Below, one piece after another: positions 55,019-64,000 of a stretch of 64,000 nt of DNA. The notes beneath the pieces are model-generated. The model saw only the letters and a list, made by a program, of their open reading frames with translations, was not told the origin of the DNA and did not search any database. Origin of the DNA: the human T2T-CHM13v2.0 reference genome, Homo sapiens; assembly GCF_009914755.1 (NCBI RefSeq), contig NC_060944.1; one strand, given 5' to 3'. A program made the position numbers and the translations under genes. The stretch's first letter is position 1. Every line of letters starts with the position of its first letter.

Positions 55019-57449
55019 TGATGAGGCTTTGTTCTGCTCTTCAAGGTGACAACGTAGCCTCATGAAACACAATTATGTTTATATTCACTCCTGGCTTGTT
55101 AACCTCTGGTGACCTGGAACAAATGGTTGAAATGCATTAAACATCCAAATTGTTAAGTGTAACCCAAACACATTAATGTCACTGTTAGTGGTTTTGCAAT
55201 GTGGCCTCTAAATACATGATTGATCTCTCAGGACTGCCATTTAATTATCAGAAGTGTTATTACTCTTCCCTTTCTACAGCTCTGCCTTGGGAAAGTTTGA
55301 AGACTTAAGTTTTGTGTTAAGGTCAGGTAAAAAATTAGCCTGTTCCTTAGAAGAATGCCTCCTTTCACTTTGCCCACCCACAGATGCTCAGATCCCCACC
55401 CAACAAAACCATCTATTCGACTTCATTGAAATGTCCTTTCAGGGTCTGGTTTGTGTGGCTGGGTGGTGAGGAGCAGGCAGAAGGCTATTTCTTCTTTTAG
55501 GGTCTTGATGAGGCAGCATGGAAATTATCAGGAAACACTTTGAAGGAGGTGGATGGTGGTGGACATCTGAGTTCTCTCGTCCAGCTCTGCTCCTGACTTA
55601 CTGTGTCACTTTGTATAAATCCTTTCATCTTTCTTGCATTCATTTTCCTCATCTGTAAAATGAGGTGTCGAACTCTGTGATAGGTAAGGATCCTCCTGGT
55701 TGAAAGGTTTTGATTCTAATTTGTTATTGTCGTTGGAAAATTCCCTTCTTTCTGTGCATGTGTACATGCATGCACACATGCACTCACACACATGCACACA
55801 CGTGTACACACACAAATTTGTTTTCTCTTTCTTCCTTACCACCTTTCTCTCCTGCCTTCCCTTCCCCTTCATTTTTCCCTGTTCCTCTTTCCTAGCTCTC
55901 CCCTCCATCCTCCAAGAAGGTAACAAAGTTTGAAGTGACAAGAAGAAGGCTGACGGAGAACTGAGGAAGAATTGTTTCAATTCTGTTCTGCCCACCTCGC
56001 AGCAATCTTAAACCAAAGAACAATTGTCCCATGGGGGAGGAAAGAAAATGCATGGGAGTATTCTCAAGTGAACCCCCTTGTCTAACTCGTAGAGTTGTTC
56101 AAATGAAAAATCTATGGCTCTCACTGAGTGGGGTGAGGTCTGGCTATGCCTTACTGAGCCGCTTTCAGTAGCTATGTGAAGATGAACAGTTAGAGTGCAG
56201 TTCAGGACCAGACCTTCCAGAAGAGCCAAACTATGGCCCCCTCAGACTTATAGGGTGGCTATAACATCTGGCTTAATGTCATTCAAAATACACTGACCTC
56301 ATTTGTCCATTTTGCATCAAACACTCAATTTCGGCTTTAGACTTGGATAAGCCAAGTTAAATTCTTTCAGTTCTGCCTGAAATATCATGGATTGTCACAT
56401 CTAGACTCAAATCTTTGGCAGTGTTGGGAATTCATGTTTGGAGTAGACGTCTTTCAAGGCTCCAAGTAAGTTTATTAAGAGACTACAAGGAATGCCTTTG
56501 GTATTAGCACAAGTGTGTTGTGCCCTTTGATTCTTCAGCATGACAGATGATTGCTGATCAAAGGCTCTGCCTACTTGGCAAAGGATAAAGGGGATAGCTA
56601 GGCAGTCATTCAACTGTAGTTCCATCTATGTATGTGGTTAAACGTGATAATCTCACTTCCAGAGAGACGTAGTCGGGGTGTTATCTCTTTGGAACAGATC
56701 AACATGATCATCATCAATGTAAACCCCTTGTTTCTTCACTCCATTCTACTGCGTCAGTGCTCATAATGCTAGCTGCACAATAGTGGCATCTAGGGAACAT
56801 CCATAAAAGATCAATGACTGTGCCCACCTCAGATCAACTCAGTCCAAATATCTGTCATATAGATAGATAGGTAGGTAAGCATACATACATATATAAATGA
56901 CCAACTGGGAGACTAAACGTAAGCTTCATTAATCATTGACCAAGCATTCCCTATTCTCCAGCTTAAGGCTTTTAGGGTAGAAATCCTCCAAGATGACCAT
57001 CACTGGGTTGGGGCCAAAACACCTGCATTTTTTTCTGAGTTCCCCAGATGATTATAATGTATACTGAGAGATATAAGACCTAGAATCTTATTTTTTGAAC
57101 CTCCTTTAATCTAAGCTGTCCCCAGACCTTGCCAGTGTGCCCTGGGATATATCACCAGACACCTGCCATATTAATTATCCTCACTCTTCCTCTCTCTACT
57201 CTTTTACACTCTTGATCGAAAGTTGGCAGAGAATGTGTTCCAAGCCAACATTTATTAAGTGTTTATTATCTATTCTGATTCAGGCACTATGTTAGCCCTT
57301 TGAAGGACTATAAAAGTGATAAGTAATATCTTAGCTATCTGAGGGCTTGGAATCTAGTAGGAAAGGTAGATATGCATGCAAGTTACTGTATAAAGTGAAA
57401 AGGGCCATGATGACATCAAGCAGTGGTTAAGAGTATAGGCTTTGGCTAC

Positions 57450-58215
57450 GGTGCTTTCTCACACCCACTAAAATAGCTAAAATTTAAAAGATGACAACAC
57501 CAAATGTTAGCAAGGCTATGGAGCCACCACTAGAATGCTCACCCATTGCCTGTGGAGTATAAAATGGCACAACTTCTTTGGAAAGTTATTTGGCAAGGTT
57601 TTATAAAGCTAAACATACTCCTTTACTATGACCCAGAAATTCTATACCTAGATATTTACCCAAGAGGAATGAAAGTGTGTGTCCATTAAAAGTCTTGTAC
57701 AAGAATGTTCATAGCATCTTTATTCATAATAGCCAAAATCTGGAAACAATCCGAATGTCTACCAACAGGATAGTAGAAAAAACTATTATTTATTTATACA
57801 ATAGAACACTACTCCACAATTAAAAAAAAAAAGCAACAAGCTACTGCTACACATAACATGGCTGACTCTCAAGAAAAATTATTTTAATTATTTTGAGTGA
57901 AATAAACCAGACACAAACGTGTATACATACTGTCTGAGTTCATTTGTAGTCAATTCAAAAACAGACAAAACTAATCTATGATGATAGAAATTATAACAAT
58001 GCTTGTCTCTGGTTTGGAGGGAGGGAATTGGTGAGAAGAGGCATAAAAGAACTTTCTGGGGCAATCTTTTGATGGGGTGATGGTTACATTCTTATTTAAA
58101 TTCATCGAATTGTACACTTAATATTTGTATGTTTCCCTGTAAGTAAATTTAAGCTAACAATATTATTATAATCATACAACATATATAAAATTAAAACCAT
58201 TGCTCCAATATTTTA
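57450..58215 (+). mobile_element. L1ME-like 3' end inserted in a MIR
   Basis: ctatgacccagaaattctatacctagatatttacccaag..agaatgttcatagca. MIR pieces with agta(t/c)aggctttg on both sides. Confidence 0.7.
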
Positions 58216-59109
58216 AAACAAAGTACAGGCTTTGACCCATGCATTTGTGTCCTCATCCTACAGCTTATTAGACTGTGAAACTGTGGTCCTAGACACACTA
58301 CTTTACCTTCTGGATCTCAATTTTTCTATTCCAAAAATGAGGATAATTATGATACACAAATAATACTGTGGTTGGAAAAGGCATATAAGTGCTTAGCACA
58401 ATGCCTGGCAATGGGAACTACTGAATTATTTGTAGCTGCTATGTTATTACTATTATTACCCTCGTCATTGTCATCAGTGTCACTAAGGGACAGTAGAAAA
58501 CATTATGGAAAAATGAAGAGTCTATTTCTCCTTGGGAATTGCATAAAATGGATGGCATTTGCAGTAGATGCTGAAGGATTAAGATAATTCTAATCAGGGA
58601 AGAAGAAAAGATTATTTCAAGCAGAAAACTAATCTGGAGCATGCAGAGAGCAGCAGGACTTTCAGCATGACCTGAACAATCATGCTAAGAATGTATGTAC
58701 TTCAAAAAGCAACAAAAGGCACCTGGGAGTTCTGCTTCTTACCATGCTGTTCCCCAGCTAAACTGGTTTTTCTCAAAACATTTAGTTGCCTTCTCCATAT
58801 GTCTAGTAGAGATGGAAACAGAGACACAAGCTTTAAGTTAAAGCTTTGAACAGCACTGGATGAAAAAAAAATAATAATTCTGAAGATCGTCTGTCTCTAC
58901 AGCAGTGTTCTCTTAGAATTTCTCTATTCTCTGTTTTTGTGTTGTTTTGTTTTGTTGTTGTTTTTCCATTTGCTATTACCTGGAAGTCATCAGTGAGGGG
59001 CAGATGGACCCTGTGTGTCTCCAGATATGATACCCTAAAAAGCCTTTGACATCATTTATATGGGATGCAGGTTAGAGCACTGAATCCTGTCACCAGACAA
59101 CCCCAAATT

Positions 59110-59880
59110 AGGAATGTTCTATTTTTAAAAAGGGAATTGTATTCTCTAAACATGTCAACACCATAAGAGACAGTGAAAGGCTGAGGAAATGGCCCAGATT
59201 AAAGGATAAGAAAGAACAGTATCAGCCAAGTGCAATGGCGGGTCCTAGACTAGATTCCAAAAGAGACAGGAAAATGCATAAAGGAAATTACTAGGCCAGT
59301 TTGAAAAATTGGAAGATGCATGGTAAATTAGATAATATTAGATAAGAATAGTGTATCAACATTAAAAATACTGAAGTGGATCATTTCACCATAGTCCAGG
59401 GGTAGACAACTTATGACCTGTGAACTAAGAACACTTTTACATATTTAAAGCGTCGTATAAAGAAAAAGAAGACTACGCAACAGAGACTGTATGTGGTCCA
59501 CAAAGCCTAAAGTAAAACTATCTGGCTTTTTTATAGAAAAGGTTTGCTGAATCCTGCTGTAATTGTATGAGAATACCCTATTCTTAAAGGGGAGAATACC
59601 CTATTCTTAAAGAAGACACATTGAATTATTTAGGGGTAAAGACCATGATATATGCAACTTTGTCTTAATTCAGGGAAACAATTGTGTGTGTGTGTACACA
59701 CACATTTAAACACAGGTGGACAGACATAGCTATAAATATGCATAGACGAGATGATTAAGCAAATGGGATAAAGTGTTAATAGGTGAATCTAGGTTAAAGT
59801 AAGTGGGTGTTCTTTGCAGTACTCTTATTCTTGGAATTTTTCTATTACGTTTCAAATTATTTCCAATAAAATTTTCCCTT
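59110..59880 (+). mobile_element. L1MC-like 3' end containing a MER58-like insert (~59397-59557)
   Basis: aaaggctgaggaaatggcccagattaaagg..gtgtatcaacattaaa; insert cacaaagcctaaa..aaaaggtttgctga. Confidence 0.55.
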
Positions 59881-60364
59881 AAATTCTTAACTTTTTGCTG
59901 AAATTACAATTTAAGGGTTAAATTTTATCTCCCAATTTTACAAAGCTCTCAAAACATTCAGTAACTTATTCTTCATGCCCTCCCTTTGTACTCATGAAAA
60001 ATAGATAATAGTTACTATCTCTATCCTAACAATGAATGTTAGCTGTTGTTATTTAGACTAGCAACTAACATTTACTGAGAAAGTCCTCTGTGCCAGATGC
60101 TGAGGTAATGGCCTTCTCTAATTTATTTAGCCTTGTGAAGAATTCCATGAGGTAGGAACTGCTTTACAAATGAGAAGATTCAGGCTTAGAGTTATTAAGC
60201 AACTTGTCCAAGATCATACAACTGATTAATAGTGAAGCCTGGAGCTATCTGGGTAAATACTGCCCTTCCCAACTAATTGAGAATTGGGTGCAGCTAGGGT
60301 CAGAGTCTGTCCTCTAACCCATGGGAGTCTATTATGCCTGAGCTGCTGTTGCTCTTCTGTTCTC

Positions 60365-60863
60365 TTTGGTAGGAAAAATAATGCTCACCCTCCAAAGACG
60401 TCCATGCCCTCATCCCCAGAACCTACAAACATTATGTTGCCTGGCAAAGGGAATTCAGGTTGCAGATGGAATTCAGGCCGCAAAACAGCTAACCTTAAAG
60501 AGACTATCCACGTAGGTCTAGTGCAATCATAGGGTTGTTAAATGTGGAAAAGAGTGGCAAAAGAATGAGGATCAGGGCAATGCAATGTGAGAAAGACTTA
60601 AAGAGCCCTTGCTGGCTTTGAAGATGAAAGAAGACCACAAGCTAAGGAATGCAGGAAGCATTTCCCTAGAAGCCGGAAAAACCAAGGACATGGATTCTCC
60701 CCTAGAGCTTCCAGACAGAAATACAGCCCTGCCAATATCTTGATTTTCACCCAGTCGAACCCATTTCAGACTTCTGACCTCTAGAACTGTAAGATAAGTT
60801 TGTGTTGTCTTAAAGTCACTAAGTGTATTCTAACTTCTTACAGCAGCAATAGGAAACCACTAG
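60365..60863 (+). mobile_element. MaLR LTR (MLT1D-like)
   Basis: ggctttgaagatgaaag..ggattctcccctagagcttccaga..gacttctgacctctagaactgtaaga..cagcagcaataggaaac. Confidence 0.8.
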
Positions 60864-61824
60864 GCTTTCATTCACAGGTGCACAGAACCCTTGTTCCCAC
60901 ACACCCACATGTTTAATACAACTTTGAAACACGAGCATATTCTGCTGCTGTTGTATTTACATCACAAAAACAGACCCCTTGAGAGCAGTTATTTCCAGGG
61001 TCCTCTGAATGACTTCTTTCTTGAGAGGTGAGGGAAGCAAGAAGTATAAGGACAGGGAAAGAACTGAATGGAGTTATAATATGTACAGCATCAGATGCTG
61101 CTGGCTCTGTTTCTTGCTCTGCTATTCCCAAGATAATACTAACTGCTTTAGTATGCAGTGATGTCTTAATCCTTCATATGCATCCACACAGATTGGACTG
61201 ATAATACAGGGATTGTTTAGGATCTGCAGAAACTGTATGTGCATGACACACACAACCAGTCCAGATAGAAGCTAATAACTTGTGAGACAGGTTTTAAGAA
61301 TGGCCACCTGCACCAGAGCATTCTTAAACAATGGGATTGTGGAATTTCATGCAACTCTAAACTTGTTCTGCTCTCACGGACTGTCCTCTGCTTCATGTCC
61401 TCTCCTTACACCTTAACAATACCCTTCTGCCTGTTGGAGAGGAGGAGGTTCTATTTTTTAGCAGTACCAATGGAAGTGGACATCCTTTGTTATTTAAGCC
61501 AACTATAAATGAATCAGAATTCTGGGCCCTTGGATTTTTTAATTCTCTGTAGGAAAAAATACCTAAGATATACTTAAACCTACTCAGACCATCATAATAA
61601 ACTTTTAAGCCTGTGTAAATAGGCTTGACCATTAACTCCAAAGCTATTCATTATTATTCTCTCTCCATTTCCCACAAAGCCAGAATGAATACCTGAGAAG
61701 ACTAAATAGAAGGAAAGTTCTGCAAGGGAGCAAAATCAGAACACCGAAAGTCTATTTCCTAAAAAAACAGGAAAAGACTCAGAAGTGCATTTTTAGTGAT
61801 GCTAAATTCAAAACTGGGTACTAG

Positions 61825-61969
61825 AGCCAGGCCTGGTGGCTCATATCTGTAAGCCCAACTACTCGGTTAGCTAAGATGAAAGGCTCACTTAAGGCCAGGA
61901 GTTCAAGACCAGCCTGGGCAACACAGCAAGACCTCATTTCTTAAACAATAACAACAACAACAAAAAAAA
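61825..61969 (+). mobile_element. Alu monomer (FLAM-like)
   Basis: Single arm plus (AAC)n/A tail. Confidence 0.8.
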
Positions 61970-62257
61970 CACCTGAGTACCAGAATCTTTTATCACCATA
62001 GATTAGTTCTTCTATAATAGTACATGTGGATAATAGCTGAGTCATAACTACTCTATCATTTATTCAGCTTTCACTGGTATTAAGTTCTTAGCTAACTGGT
62101 TCATTTAATTTTAACAGCAACCCAGATACAGAGTTCTTTTCATTATCCTCATTTTATTAAAGAGAAAACTAATCCTCAAAGTGATTACATGACCTGCCTA
62201 AGGTCAGGCAAATGATAAATCACAGGGGTCAAAATGCAGACCCAAGTCTGTTGCTTT

Positions 62258-62655
62258 TGTCTTGGTTTGCTTCCCCCAGCAGCAGACCTTGAGACACGGA
62301 TGTAATCACAAGTCACTTATTCAGAAAGTGATGCCAGGAAGCACCAATAGGTGACCAGGGCACAGGAAGGCAGCCAACATGGTGCATTGTCAAGCAAGTG
62401 ACCAGAGTGGACAACAGGACCTCGATTCTACTAGGAAACTCTGGGTGCCAGGATAGATAACTCACTGTTATCCCTACCTGTGGGCTGAGGGAGCTGAAGT
62501 ATTTACCCACAAATTCCCATTTGTGACTGATTGAAGGCTGCTCCCTAATCAGGCTATGTTCCCACAGCCAGAAAAAGAGCTCTTAGGCAAAGAATGGCCT
62601 GTGTTTGCATGAAGAAGCTGGGCTGAGAGGGTATAGGCAGGATGTGCACAGCACT
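62258..62655. mobile_element. ERVL LTR (LTR33-like)
   Basis: tgtcttggtttgcttccccc..cagaccttgagac..caggaagcacc. Confidence 0.5.
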
Positions 62656-63049
62656 TGTTAACACTCTTAACCACTAGCTGAGTCCAGCTATTTGCTGCCA
62701 GGCCATATGTAGGAGTCAGAAAGCTATGGTCCCTTGTGTAAAACTCAGTCCAGTGTGATGGCTAATGGAGCCCTATCCTGTTAGTAGCCTCAATTTCAAT
62801 TCAGAATGCTGAAGTTTGGCCTCTGCATTCTTGCTCGCTGAGTATTAAAAAGATCTCTTTGCATTTTCTACTGTGGGCAGCTTCAGGGACATAGCCAACC
62901 CTCAGGCTGCCCTTGTGCTATCCAGCCATTCTCCAGCCATTTCACGGCCTCAGCTACAGAGTCAGCTGCAACCAGGAACCAAAACATTTGTTCTCCATGG
63001 TGTTTCTGGTGCATTTTGAGGAAATGAGCAAATAATGAAGTTATTTTTC

Positions 63050-63232
63050 CCCAATATTTCTCAGGCTTTCATATGCACACGAGGTACTTGGGGGCTCTTG
63101 TTAAAATGCAGACTCTGAGTGAGCAGGTCTGGGTGGGGGCCTGAGATCCTGCATTCTGACAAGCTCCTGGGTGCTGCTGCTGCTACTGCTGCTGCTGCTG
63201 CCATGCAGAACCACACTCAGAGCAGCGAGACT
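63050..63232. mobile_element. MER5A-like MITE containing an imperfect (GCT)n run at ~63173-63200
   Basis: cttgttaaaatgcagactctga..ggtctgggtgggggcctgagatcctgcattctgacaagctcc. Confidence 0.7.
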
Positions 63233-64000
63233 GCAGGCAACCTCGGTCCTCAAGTGAGTCACTAAGACTTTCTTAAGCTAGCCTCGGAGAAAAGCTGTTT
63301 CTTCAGCTTAGAGAGTTGTCATGAGGTCAGAGGTCCAGGCAGGTCAAGAATTTGGAGTAGTTTAAAAGAAAAAGTGGAAAGGAAGAACCAAAATTCTGCC
63401 TACTAAAGACCAAGAGGAGGAAGAAAAAGAAGGCCAGTGTTTGCCAGAAAACTCTGAGCACTACCTAGTCTGCAGAACAAGGGCTCGAGAGGTTGTTTAA
63501 GTAAAAAGTTAAACCCGTAAACATGGCTTAGACTACTTTGCAAGCCATGATCTTTTATATTTCAATGTCCAACTTGGATTTCTAAACTAGGTTGCTTAAT
63601 AAAGCCAGCAATTGCCTCCCTATCTTTTAATGATAATTAAAAGGTATTGAGCCTTCATTGTAATGAGCCATTTACATTCACCAACTCATTTTAGCCTCAT
63701 AACTACAAAATGAATCACCTGCTACTCTTATCTCCTTTTTGACAGATGAAGAAGAAACATCTATAAAGTGGTGAAGTGACTTAGATACACAGAGCTAGTA
63801 AGAGTCAGAGCTGGTAAACTTAGGAAGTCTGACTCCAGAGTCTCCGTTTTTAAGCATGACACGCTACCTCCTTTCCTGGCCTTTTCTACCCTCTGTTTGC
63901 CCCTGGATGGCAGAGTGATGAATGTAATACTTGGTAGCCTCCATCTCCCGTACACCTCTCCCAGGGCCAAGGCAGTTTTGGTTAGGTAGATGCTGCCAGC

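Noticed and set aside
55606-55995. 129-aa minus-strand ORF
   Set aside because: It is produced by low-complexity CA-rich and pyrimidine-rich tracts.

Overview
Eukaryotic, repeat-rich primate genomic DNA that matches the human sequence as I recall it. It lies wholly inside the + strand gene SPTLC3 (serine palmitoyltransferase long-chain base subunit 3; human 20p12.1 from memory). Five coding exons (2-6; 186, 155, 149, 125 and 94 nt) have canonical AG/GT ends and splice into one open frame (about residues 40-275). Exon 1 and exons 7 onward lie outside the window. The introns hold Alus, old and nested L1s, L2/MIR, LTRs, DNA transposons and microsatellites. They also hold two retrocopies: an antisense CENATAC/CCDC84 processed pseudogene ending ~35 nt before exon 4, and a decayed HMGN1-like fragment. 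I see no new multi-gene system. The best leads are: (1) a read-through, intronically polyadenylated 175-aa SPTLC3 form followed by an intact-looking sense L1 promoter and splice donor; (2) a CENATAC retrocopy that seems to preserve an alternatively spliced mRNA and forms a hairpin next to the exon 4 branch point; (3) several templated-insertion and duplication scars. Repeat subfamily names and parent-gene comparisons come from memory, not database searches.
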